From NCBI GenBank assembly GCA_028404505.1, contig JAOOBM010000003.1, positions 86,759 through 150,758 on the forward strand: a stretch of 64,000 nucleotides of DNA, written 5' to 3'. The position numbers and the translations under genes are program-made. This document shows, in pieces, positions 41,700 to 49,769 of this stretch. The DNA is from Acidimicrobiaceae bacterium (lineage in GTDB: Bacteria; Actinomycetota; Acidimicrobiia; Actinomarinales; Actinomarinaceae). Within the stretch, counting starts at the first letter, position 1. Each line of letters starts with the position of its first letter. The notes beneath the pieces were generated by a model. The model was not told the origin of the DNA and did not search any database. It saw only the letters and a program-made list of their open reading frames with translations.

Positions 41700-41999
41700 A
41701 TTATTTTTACTAAGTATATTGTAAAAATCTTCTTCGTTGAAAAGTTTAAAATTAAGGTTTGGATAAAGCTTTCTTGCCATTTTTAGTTTTTTTCTTTTTT
41801 TTGTTATTAGATTTTGATTCATTGTCGTGATTTCTACAAATAGGTTAAGTGCTGGTAAGTAAAAATCAGGCGTAAACATTTTTTTAATTGAACCACTACC
41901 CCACTCTAATGGAAAACTCACAGGTTCATATATCCATTCAATATCAAATAAGTCTAAGTGCTCTGAAAATGTTTTCTCAGAAGGATGAGCAAATTTCAT
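41667..41999 (-). CDS. conserved hypothetical protein with a PD-(D/E)XK-like core (..FTPDFYLP...LFVEITT..)
   Basis: 110 aa, overlapping the upstream MerR gene by 4 nt (operonic) and overlapping the convergent add 3' end by 33 nt. The motif layout resembles the restriction-endonuclease fold, with the Lys position replaced by Thr. Confidence 0.5.
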   Translation of the reverse strand: MKFAHPSEKTFSEHLDLFDIEWIYEPVSFPLEWGSGSIKKMFTPDFYLPALNLFVEITTMNQNLITKKRKKLKMARKLYPNLNFKLFNEEDFYNILSKNNSEIIQETIAS

Positions 42000-42439
42000 G
42001 CATTCGTTGCAGGAATTTTTTCTGGATAAAGAGAATGAATTTCTGCTTCCGTTTCAGTGTGAATTGGCCCTAGTGAAATACCAAATACAGCTTGTCCCTG
42101 TTTTATTAAATCTAACATTTCATTATTGTTTGTTATTACATATATTGATTTACCATCGGAAAAAATTGAGACGTCTGAAATATTAATATCTTTCCCTAAA
42201 ATTTGTTTAACATTTTTTAGAGCAATTCTTATTTTTTGAAGACTTACTCCAGCTTCTCTCAATTTGTTTACTAACTTAATTTTTATAATATCCTGAAATG
42301 AATAAATCCTATGATATCCAGAACCTTTTATATTTCTAATTGAAGCATCAACCAGCGATGTTGTTGTCCAATGATCGAGCTGTCTATATGATATTCCAGT
42401 AATTTTACAAACTTCTGGACCTGTGTAACCCTGTTGCAT
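41996..42439 (-). CDS. MerR-family transcriptional regulator
   Basis: 147 aa with an N-terminal helix-turn-helix (YTGPEVCKITGISYRQLDHW). Its position after the bifunctional-nuclease gene matches the actinobacterial garA-ftsR-BFN-merR cluster. Confidence 0.8.
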   Translation of the reverse strand: MQQGYTGPEVCKITGISYRQLDHWTTTSLVDASIRNIKGSGYHRIYSFQDIIKIKLVNKLREAGVSLQKIRIALKNVKQILGKDINISDVSIFSDGKSIYVITNNNEMLDLIKQGQAVFGISLGPIHTETEAEIHSLYPEKIPATNA

Positions 42440-42477
42440 AAGGTTAATTTACTAGCAAAAAATTTATAATCAAGGTT

Positions 42478-42957
42478 TTATGCAAAATCCTCTGGATTTA
42501 TATTTTCAATAAAACTCTTAAATTCCTCAATTTCATTGGCTTTATCATGTATTAGATCAATTGAGTTGTTTAAAAAAAGATCTTCATTAACAGAAATTGT
42601 AGTATCTGCTCTTAATGCAAGAGCTATTGCATCACTTGGTCTAGCAGATAACGAAACTCTACCTTGGTCCCCTAGGATTATAATTTCAGCGAAATAAGTA
42701 TTATCGTGAAGATCTGAGATAACAACTTCATCAATATTTCCATTAAGAGATTCAATAATATCAATAATTAAATCATGAGTTTGTGGTCTTGGATGTTTTA
42801 TTCCTTCTTGTGCATATGCAATTGATACTGCTTCAATAGTACCAATCCAAATTGGTAGAACTTTTTGACTATTTGGATCAAGTAAAAGCATAATTGGTGT
42901 TTCGGTATTTTCCTCTAATCTTATGCTGTTAACTTCAACGTTAATATTTTTTTTCAT
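42478..42957 (-). CDS. bifunctional nuclease (BFN) family protein
   Basis: 159 aa. The PIWIGTIEAVSIAYAQEGIKHPRPQTHDL motif is characteristic of the BFN (DNase/RNase) family. Confidence 0.8.
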   Translation of the reverse strand: MKKNINVEVNSIRLEENTETPIMLLLDPNSQKVLPIWIGTIEAVSIAYAQEGIKHPRPQTHDLIIDIIESLNGNIDEVVISDLHDNTYFAEIIILGDQGRVSLSARPSDAIALALRADTTISVNEDLFLNNSIDLIHDKANEIEEFKSFIENINPEDFA

Positions 42958-43010
42958 AGTTTAAGAATAGATAGATTCATAAAAATTTTTCTAACAATAT
43001 TTATAATTTA

Positions 43011-44090
43011 CTAATTATTATTTGCAAAAAATGAAAAAATGCTCGATAAATTAAAATCCCATTTGACTGAATTTACAGAATTAGAAATTCTTACATTATA
43101 TAAATCTTCATTTACAACATAATCAAATTTTGTTTCACTAAATTCATTTAGTGTAATATTGGAAATCTCTAGTTTGTTACCAAACACAAACCAGGGTTTT
43201 GTAGATTTAAATGTCAATGTCTCAAAGCTATTTCGTATTTTATATATATCAACATTATTATCAATAACAACATTGTTTATGAATGTATCAATTGAAGCTG
43301 AATATAGATTCTGTGTATCAACAAAGTGATTGTCTTTTTTTTCATTTACATAAGACTTGTTAACTATAGTTAAAATATTTCTATCATTTGATTGATTTAA
43401 ACCAATAAATGTCAATCCTGCCTCATTTGTCCAACCTGTCTTTAAACCGTAAAAGTTACGTTCAATTAACTTATTAGTATTTAGAAATACTTTATCCTCA
43501 CCTTCAATATTTGATATAAAACTTTTTCTCATTATTATCGACATTAACTCATAATTATCTATGACTTCTTTTGAAAGAATTAATAAATCACTCAATGTTG
43601 TATAGTGACCATCTTGATCTAAACCATCAGGATTTTTAAAATTAGTATTGTTCATTCCAAGTTGGTTGGCTCTTTTATTCATTAATGCTAGAAAATCATC
43701 AGTATCTTCATTAAATAATTGAACAACAGCAAAACATGCATCATTTGCTGAATATATAAGTATAAATTCTAATAAGCTTTCTACAGTCATTTTTTGTCCG
43801 GACTTAAGATAAGCTACTTTTCCTTCATAAATGTAGTCAGAAGGTAAAGAAATTTCTATGTAATCACTTAAATTGTAATTTTCAATAAGAATCAATGAAG
43901 TCATTAATTTGGTAAGTGATGCTGGTGCAATGATTGCGTTAATATTTTTAAAGTACATCAACTGTTCATTATCAAGATCATATGATAAATAAAATTCGGT
44001 TGTCAATAATTCTTCATCAACTTCCGTTGCATAAGCAATATTTGTAAATAATAAAATTGAAAATAAATAGATAGCTATAAATCTTCTAAT
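43011..44090 (-). CDS. serine-type D-Ala-D-Ala carboxypeptidase (S11 PBP), probably initiated at ATT
   Basis: It has SLTK (SxxK), YSANDA (SxN) and KTGWT (KTG) motifs. The in-frame sequence upstream of the ORF-track TTG (44006) encodes a signal peptide, IRRFIAIYLFSILLFTNIAYA/TEVD. The only plausible start is ATT at 44090, preceded by GGGAG with a 6-nt spacer. Confidence 0.7.
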   Translation of the reverse strand: MRRFIAIYLFSILLFTNIAYATEVDEELLTTEFYLSYDLDNEQLMYFKNINAIIAPASLTKLMTSLILIENYNLSDYIEISLPSDYIYEGKVAYLKSGQKMTVESLLEFILIYSANDACFAVVQLFNEDTDDFLALMNKRANQLGMNNTNFKNPDGLDQDGHYTTLSDLLILSKEVIDNYELMSIIMRKSFISNIEGEDKVFLNTNKLIERNFYGLKTGWTNEAGLTFIGLNQSNDRNILTIVNKSYVNEKKDNHFVDTQNLYSASIDTFINNVVIDNNVDIYKIRNSFETLTFKSTKPWFVFGNKLEISNITLNEFSETKFDYVVNEDLYNVRISNSVNSVKWDFNLSSIFSFFANNN

Positions 44091-44650
44091 ATGTAACTCC
44101 CAATTATTTCAGAAAATTTATCAATTGCAATTTTTATTTCTTCAGGATCATTGTCAGAATTATTAAAGTATGTCTCAAAAAAGCCTACTCCCCTGTCTGA
44201 CATTGATTTAATGACTGATAAATTCTTAACTCCAAGACCTAGTGAGAAAAGGTATGCGAGAGAAGAAAACCTTTCAACGTCATTTTGACTATAGATTTCT
44301 TTATTTTGTTCGTATTTATACTCTATTAGTTCACTAAAATCTTCTTCTTTCAAACCTGCCTTTTTTAAAGCATCATGTTGAGAATATTCTCTTATTACAA
44401 TTTTTGAATTAGATGTATTGCCAGTGAGTAACTTAGGATTATTTTTAATTGCTTTTAATGAGTAAAATTGGTTTTCTTGTAGATCTAAGATTTTCTTAAT
44501 TCTTACTATATCTTTGTCAGAAAAAAACCTGGTTCCACCTTTTGATCTTTTTGGTTTAATTAAACCTTCTTTTTCTAAAAATCTGATACGTGAAATAGTA
44601 ATTGATGGATACTCTTTTTTAATCAATTTTACAGTATCTCCTATATTCAT
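44075..44650 (-). CDS. MerR-family regulator (FtsR / Rv1828-like)
   Basis: 191 aa with an N-terminal helix-turn-helix (IGDTVKLIKKEYPSITISRIRFLEKEGLIKP). It directly follows the FHA gene, as in other Actinobacteria. Confidence 0.75.
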   Translation of the reverse strand: MNIGDTVKLIKKEYPSITISRIRFLEKEGLIKPKRSKGGTRFFSDKDIVRIKKILDLQENQFYSLKAIKNNPKLLTGNTSNSKIVIREYSQHDALKKAGLKEEDFSELIEYKYEQNKEIYSQNDVERFSSLAYLFSLGLGVKNLSVIKSMSDRGVGFFETYFNNSDNDPEEIKIAIDKFSEIIGSYILEDL

Positions 44651-44997
44651 TTCTTATCAACTTTTGTAATTATTAAACTAAATTTTCCTATTTGAATTCT
44701 AGAACCTGACGTTAAAACTGATTCATCTGTCAATTCACCATTTACAAATATACCATTAGTTGATTTTTCATCAGTAATTATGACTGTTTCATCTTCAACA
44801 GAAATAAATGCATGGTTTCTAGACACAGTTACGTCATCAAGAATTATTTCTTTAGTTTCTAGTCTTCCAATCTTGTGTATACCGTTTGTTAACAACCAAG
44901 ATGAAGATTTGGTCTCATCATTTAATAAAGATAATATGTATTTAGCTTCTTGGTTTATAAAGATAGAGTCTTCAAATGGTACAGTGTCATTATTCAT
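44647..44997 (-). CDS. FHA domain-containing protein (GarA/OdhI-position homologue)
   Basis: 116 aa with an FHA core (IGR......I.LDD..VSRNHA.I......V.I.D..STNG.FVNG). The N-terminal ETTS-type phospho-motif is not evident. Confidence 0.75.
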   Translation of the reverse strand: MNNDTVPFEDSIFINQEAKYILSLLNDETKSSSWLLTNGIHKIGRLETKEIILDDVTVSRNHAFISVEDETVIITDEKSTNGIFVNGELTDESVLTSGSRIQIGKFSLIITKVDKK

Positions 44998-45521
44998 TTT
45001 TTTATAAATATTTTATAAAAATATTCTAGCGCTACAAAATAGTAAAAAATCAATGAAAATATACCAAAAAGTAAAAAGAATAATTGCTCATTCCTTAAAT
45101 TTATAACAAAAAAACATATTGAGAAAAATATTAATACTGTACCGAACTTTCCAATATTAGAAACTTTAATAGTTTTAGTTTTTGTGAGAACGTACAGTGA
45201 ACCTATCATAACTAATATTTCTCTAATTAAAATTCCATAAAAGAACCAGATAGGAAAAATATCTTCTAACCAAAATAAAAGCAATAGAAAAACAATTCTG
45301 TCACATACTGGGTCAAGAATAGTTCCAAGTTTACTTACCTGATTCAATCGCCTTGCAACAATGCCATCAATTGAATCTGAAATACCAATAGCGGCAATTA
45401 AAGTTACTAATATAGGTATCCTTATATTCTCTATTGAATATTGATTAAACAAATATATAGAAACAAACAACCTCGAAAGTGTAATAAGATTTGGCAAAAG
45501 AAATAAATCTTTAAGTGTCAA
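44994..45521 (-). CDS. pgsA: CDP-alcohol phosphatidyltransferase (PgsA-like)
   Basis: 175 aa with a TTG start. It carries the signature D-x2-DG-x2-AR-x8-G-x3-D-x3-D (DSIDGIVARRLNQVSKLGTILDPVCDR) and multiple TM helices. Confidence 0.85.
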   Translation of the reverse strand: MTLKDLFLLPNLITLSRLFVSIYLFNQYSIENIRIPILVTLIAAIGISDSIDGIVARRLNQVSKLGTILDPVCDRIVFLLLLFWLEDIFPIWFFYGILIREILVMIGSLYVLTKTKTIKVSNIGKFGTVLIFFSICFFVINLRNEQLFFLLFGIFSLIFYYFVALEYFYKIFIKK

Positions 45522-46470
45522 ATAAAAAATCCTTAGTGTCGTGAGTAGCTACAAAATGACCTTTACCCATATCTACCATTTTTTCTGAAGGGTTTTTAGA
45601 AATAATATCATCAATTTCATCAAAATTAACAACATATTTTTCTCTAACATTAAAAGGGTCAGGAATTGGTATCGAAGATATCAATCTTTTTGTATAGGGA
45701 TGTATTGGATTTTCAAGTAATTCTTCAGTTTCGGCAATTTCAACAATCTTACCATTAAACATAACAGCGATTCTATTACACATATATCTTGCAACAGCAA
45801 GGTCGTGTGTTATATACAAATACGATACTTCTAATTCTTTTGCTAAATTGAGCATCAAATCCATTATTGAAATACGAATAGAAACATCTAACATTGAAGT
45901 AGGTTCGTCACAAATAACAAATTTAGGTTTCATTACAAGCGTTCGTGCAATTGAAACCCTTTGTCTCTGACCACCCGATATCTCGTGAGGGTATCTCGAT
46001 AAGTAATTTTCAGGAGGAGTTAAGCCAACGGTTCTTAATATTTCTACTATAGTATCCTCTCTCTCAGCTAAATTGCCTATATTGTGTATATCTAAAGGTT
46101 CTTTAATAATGTCCTTAATTGTCCATCTTGGATTAAGGGACTCATAAGGATCTTGAAATATCATTTGAATATTGCGTCTGAATATTTTTAAAGAATCATC
46201 ATCTATGTTGTCTATTGATTCCATAGTTTGTTTTTCAGGATTAAAAAAATTCACATTACCTGATGTTTTAGGATCAAGTAAGCACAATGATCTTGCAGTA
46301 GTTGTTTTGCCGCAACCACTTTGCCCTACCAGTCCTAAAGATTCACCAGGTTTAATATTAAAACTTATTCCATCAACGGCTTTTACTATATTTTTTTTAC
46401 TGGAAAAAAAGCTATTTGATACTTCGAAATGTTTTACTAGATTTCTGACTTCAATTAAATTCTTACTCAT
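45511..46470 (-). CDS. peptide/nickel ABC transporter ATP-binding protein (OppF/DppF-type)
   Basis: It has Walker A GQSGCGKTT, the signature SGGQRQR and Walker B VICDEPTSMLD. I prefer the ATG at 46470 (MSKNLIEVRNL), an 8-nt overlap with the upstream gene. The ORF-track start is 46500. Confidence 0.9.
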   Translation of the reverse strand: MSKNLIEVRNLVKHFEVSNSFFSSKKNIVKAVDGISFNIKPGESLGLVGQSGCGKTTTARSLCLLDPKTSGNVNFFNPEKQTMESIDNIDDDSLKIFRRNIQMIFQDPYESLNPRWTIKDIIKEPLDIHNIGNLAEREDTIVEILRTVGLTPPENYLSRYPHEISGGQRQRVSIARTLVMKPKFVICDEPTSMLDVSIRISIMDLMLNLAKELEVSYLYITHDLAVARYMCNRIAVMFNGKIVEIAETEELLENPIHPYTKRLISSIPIPDPFNVREKYVVNFDEIDDIISKNPSEKMVDMGKGHFVATHDTKDFLFDT

Positions 46471-47440
46471 TGACACATCCGGAACAACATTGGTCAGCAT
46501 AATGATTTTCTCCTACTTTTATAAGTTTCATTTCAATTTCTTGATTTTTACAGTTATTAGTTGGAGAAGGGCATCTTGGTGAAAATGAACAACCTTTAAT
46601 TTTATTTATCAGGCTTGGTGGTTCTCCGTCTAATGATTTAAGTTTCTTCTTTTCTCCCCTTATAGACGGAGTTGAGTCCAATAAAGCTTTAGTATATGAA
46701 TGTTTAGGAGACTTAAAAACTTCTTTTGTAGGTCCCATCTCAACAATTGAACCAGCATACATGACGGCTATTTTATCGGTCATTTCAGCAATTACAGCAA
46801 TATCGTGGGATATATAAATTAAACTTAAACCAAGTAATTCTTGAACTTTTTTAATTTCATTAAGAATTTGATCCTGAATAACAACATCCAAGGCAGTAGT
46901 TGGTTCATCTGCAATGATGATTTTTGGATCACAAGAAAGTGCTAAAGCAATTACTGCTCTTTGCTTCATGCCTCCAGAAAGCTCATGTGGGTACCTATCA
47001 ATGGTGCTCTCATCAAGTCCTACCATTTGAAATAATTCTTGAATTTTCCTAATATTTTCTTCTTTAGAATTATTAGGATAGTGTTCTCTTAAAGCTTCTC
47101 TGATTTGTTCACCGATTTTTATAACTGGATTCCAAGCATTCATTGCTCCTTGGAAAACAATACTGATACTATCCCATCTAACTTTTCTTAGTTCATATTC
47201 AGATAAACCAACTAATTCTTTTCCATCAAGTTTTATACTTCCTTCAGTTATAACTGAGTTCTCAGGTTGCAATTGTAATAAGGTCATTGCAACTGAGGTT
47301 TTTCCACAACCTGATTCACCAACAAGCCCGAATGATTCTCCACTATTTATACTAAATGAAACATCTTTAACCGCAGAAACATTTCCAGCTAATGTCTCAT
47401 AATGCATTGATAGATTTTTTACGTCTAAAACTGTACTCAT
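46463..47440 (-). CDS. peptide/nickel ABC transporter ATP-binding protein (OppD/DppD-type)
   Basis: 325 aa with Walker A GESGCGKTS, the signature SGGMKQR, Walker B IIADEPTTALD and a Cys-containing oligopeptide-ABC C-terminal domain (GCSFSPRCP...C). Confidence 0.9.
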   Translation of the reverse strand: MSTVLDVKNLSMHYETLAGNVSAVKDVSFSINSGESFGLVGESGCGKTSVAMTLLQLQPENSVITEGSIKLDGKELVGLSEYELRKVRWDSISIVFQGAMNAWNPVIKIGEQIREALREHYPNNSKEENIRKIQELFQMVGLDESTIDRYPHELSGGMKQRAVIALALSCDPKIIIADEPTTALDVVIQDQILNEIKKVQELLGLSLIYISHDIAVIAEMTDKIAVMYAGSIVEMGPTKEVFKSPKHSYTKALLDSTPSIRGEKKKLKSLDGEPPSLINKIKGCSFSPRCPSPTNNCKNQEIEMKLIKVGENHYADQCCSGCVNE

Positions 47441-47441
47441 A

Positions 47442-48521
47442 CTATCTTCTTCTCAGCCTTGGATTGAAAACGTCATCTAATCCTCTACCAACAAGATAAA
47501 ATCCTCCAGCTAAAAGTGTAACTGCTAATCCGGCAGGTATAACAAGCCACCAATATTCCATTCCTTGGTTAATATATCCATCAGCTTGTGCAACTGATAT
47601 CATTAATCCCCAGCTCATATCAATATTAAGGAGACCTAAAAAGGATAAAATTGATTCTGAAGCAATTGCGCCCGTCACACTAAATACCATAAAAAGCAAT
47701 GCTAACGGTGCAACATTTGGAAGAATATGAGAAGTTAAAATTTTCATTCTTGAACCACCCGTAATTCTTGCTGAATCAACAAATGGTTTAACTTTTACCT
47801 GTAATGCTTGAGATTTAATTGTGATAACACTTCCTCCAAGTCCTCCAAAAATACCTAATACTAATGCTAAGTGCCAAACTTTTAACTCTGCAAATGCTGA
47901 AATAATAAATAATAAAGGTAATGTAGGTAACATTAAAACAAGATCTGATTGTCTCATTAGGTACGCATCAATTTTACCTCCAAAAAATGCAGCAATAGTT
48001 CCAAGCAAAGTTGAAATACCTACTCCAACTATTGCACTCAATAATCCAAGAACGAAGGCAACTTGACTTCCCTCCATAAGTTGTGAAAATACATCTCTAC
48101 CTAAAGAATCTGTCCCGAGAATATGTTTACTTGATGGTGGTGCTGGCTGAATAAATTGTTCGATTACATCGCCTTCCTTAATACCCGGATTGTATGGCGC
48201 AACAGCAACTATATTTACTTCATCAGCAGCGGGACAATCACTTGGTGTCTTATATTCTGGTGTAGGATAATCTATATTTTTGCATGATACAACGGTCGCA
48301 AGAATCTTTTGTGAGTCATATCCTACTACAGGATGATAAGTTGCCTCATCCCAAATATTTGTTAGAAATAATAATGGCTGCAATAAAGCAAGTAAGCCAA
48401 ATATCAATACAATGACTAGACCTAACATTCCAATTTTGCTTTGTTTAAATAAATTAAAGTTTCTTTTAAGGGATTCAAACCTTAATTTTCTTAATTCTGA
48501 TTTTTCGTTTGTCTTATCCAT
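47442..48521 (-). CDS. peptide ABC transporter permease (OppC/DppC-type)
   Basis: 359 aa with an N-terminal OppC-like TM helix and external loop, and a binding-protein-dependent transport inner-membrane signature region (..DSARITGGSRMKILTSHILPN). Confidence 0.85.
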   Translation of the reverse strand: MDKTNEKSELRKLRFESLKRNFNLFKQSKIGMLGLVIVLIFGLLALLQPLLFLTNIWDEATYHPVVGYDSQKILATVVSCKNIDYPTPEYKTPSDCPAADEVNIVAVAPYNPGIKEGDVIEQFIQPAPPSSKHILGTDSLGRDVFSQLMEGSQVAFVLGLLSAIVGVGISTLLGTIAAFFGGKIDAYLMRQSDLVLMLPTLPLLFIISAFAELKVWHLALVLGIFGGLGGSVITIKSQALQVKVKPFVDSARITGGSRMKILTSHILPNVAPLALLFMVFSVTGAIASESILSFLGLLNIDMSWGLMISVAQADGYINQGMEYWWLVIPAGLAVTLLAGGFYLVGRGLDDVFNPRLRRR

Positions 48522-48523
48522 TA

Positions 48524-49696
48524 TTATCCTTGTGATTTAATTCTTATTCTCGGATCTAAGAAGGCATATGATACATCAGCTAAAAAATGAGCAATCAATG
48601 CAAAAACTCCAATAAATGAGAACGTTGCCATTGCAACCGGAATATCTTCTCTTAGTACACTATCTAATATGAGTTGACCCATTCCTGGCCATGAAAAAAT
48701 TGTTTCTGTGAGGACAGATCCATCAATTATGGTAACAATAGTGAAAATAAAGGAAGTTACTACGGGAAGCAATGCAGTTCTTGCAGCGTGCCTGTCTCTA
48801 ATTCTTTTTTGACTTAATCCCTTGGCACGAGCAGTAAGTATATAATCATCTTTTAGAACCTCCATCATCGTTGTTCTTGTTAATAATGCCGTCCCTGCAA
48901 ATGCAACTACTGTAACAGTGAGTACAGGTAATATCGTATGATAAGCTATATCACCTGCATAAAATCGCATTTCGGATAATATACCCATGTTCCAATAAAA
49001 ATTTGATATTATAAGCAAGGCAAAAAAAGAGCCTAGTCTTATATTTCTTCTGAGATTCAAAGATTCTATTTCTTTAGTTAACAGTGAGATTACAAAATAA
49101 ATTAATGAAAAAATAACCATATATTTTATCATTTCTAAAAATACTTCATCACTATCAAAGGGTGAATCGTACCATTTATTAGGAGTTAAAAATTTACCTA
49201 TTGGAACCCAACCCATTTTCAAACCAAAAAACCATAGCATTAATAGAGCAAACCATGGATAAAAAACTGTGTAGGAGAAAACAGATGTAATTGTTATCCA
49301 TGTTTCACTTCTAGAACCTCTCCTCCAAGCTAAAACTTTTCCAACAAAAAAACCAGTATAAAAAGCTAAAATATTTACAACGGAAAACAACATTAATGTT
49401 CTAGGGAGTCGCTCAGCTATTAATTCAATTGCTGTTTTTGGAAATTGGATATAGGAATATCCAAGATCTCCTTTGAAAAAGTTTACAATGTATTTTTGGA
49501 GACGAACTGATAATGGTTGATCTAATCCATATAATGCGATTGTTTCTTCATATGCATAAGGAGGTAAGGAAGGATTTAAAAGTAAATTTTGAAAGGCATT
49601 TCCGGGAATTGCATCAAAAAGTAGGTATGAAATTATTAAGAATAGAAAAAATACAACAACCATTTGTGAAAAACGATTGATAATATAACGTAACAT
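48524..49696 (-). CDS. peptide ABC transporter permease (OppB/DppB-type)
   Basis: 390 aa with an MLRYIINR N-terminus and an EAA-like loop (DYILTARAKGLSQKRIRDRHAARTALLP). Confidence 0.85.
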   Translation of the reverse strand: MLRYIINRFSQMVVVFFLFLIISYLLFDAIPGNAFQNLLLNPSLPPYAYEETIALYGLDQPLSVRLQKYIVNFFKGDLGYSYIQFPKTAIELIAERLPRTLMLFSVVNILAFYTGFFVGKVLAWRRGSRSETWITITSVFSYTVFYPWFALLMLWFFGLKMGWVPIGKFLTPNKWYDSPFDSDEVFLEMIKYMVIFSLIYFVISLLTKEIESLNLRRNIRLGSFFALLIISNFYWNMGILSEMRFYAGDIAYHTILPVLTVTVVAFAGTALLTRTTMMEVLKDDYILTARAKGLSQKRIRDRHAARTALLPVVTSFIFTIVTIIDGSVLTETIFSWPGMGQLILDSVLREDIPVAMATFSFIGVFALIAHFLADVSYAFLDPRIRIKSQG

Positions 49697-49728
49697 TCTC
49701 CCCCATTAAAAAAATATTTTCTAATTAT

Positions 49729-49759
49729 AAATCGGAACGAGCAATGCCCGTTCCGATTT
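49729..49759 (-). promoter_or_regulatory. intercistronic 11-bp stem-loop between the SBP gene and the permease genes
   Basis: On the - strand the sequence reads AAATCGGAACG-ggcattgct-CGTTCCGATTT. It starts 11 nt after the SBP stop and has no clean U-tract, so it may be a partial terminator or an mRNA-stabilising element. Confidence 0.55.
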
Positions 49760-49769
49760 AATAATAATT

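Noticed and set aside
46172-46582. A 136-aa ORF on the + strand, plus many other 60-118-aa antisense ORFs (e.g. 3531-3887, 2238-2531, 13933-14202, 24867-25151).
   Set aside because: Each is fully embedded antisense in, or out of frame with, a well-supported conserved gene. Here that is the Walker A region of the ABC ATPases, a classic source of shadow ORFs. Their sequences are low-complexity with no recognisable motifs.
46463-46600. Cys-rich C-terminal tail of the OppD-type ATPase (GCSFSPRCP...C...CCSGC) as a novel metal or Fe-S module.
   Set aside because: The GCxFxxRCP...C pattern is the normal C-terminal domain of oligopeptide-type ABC ATPases. Only the last CCSGC is extra, which is not enough to call anything new.
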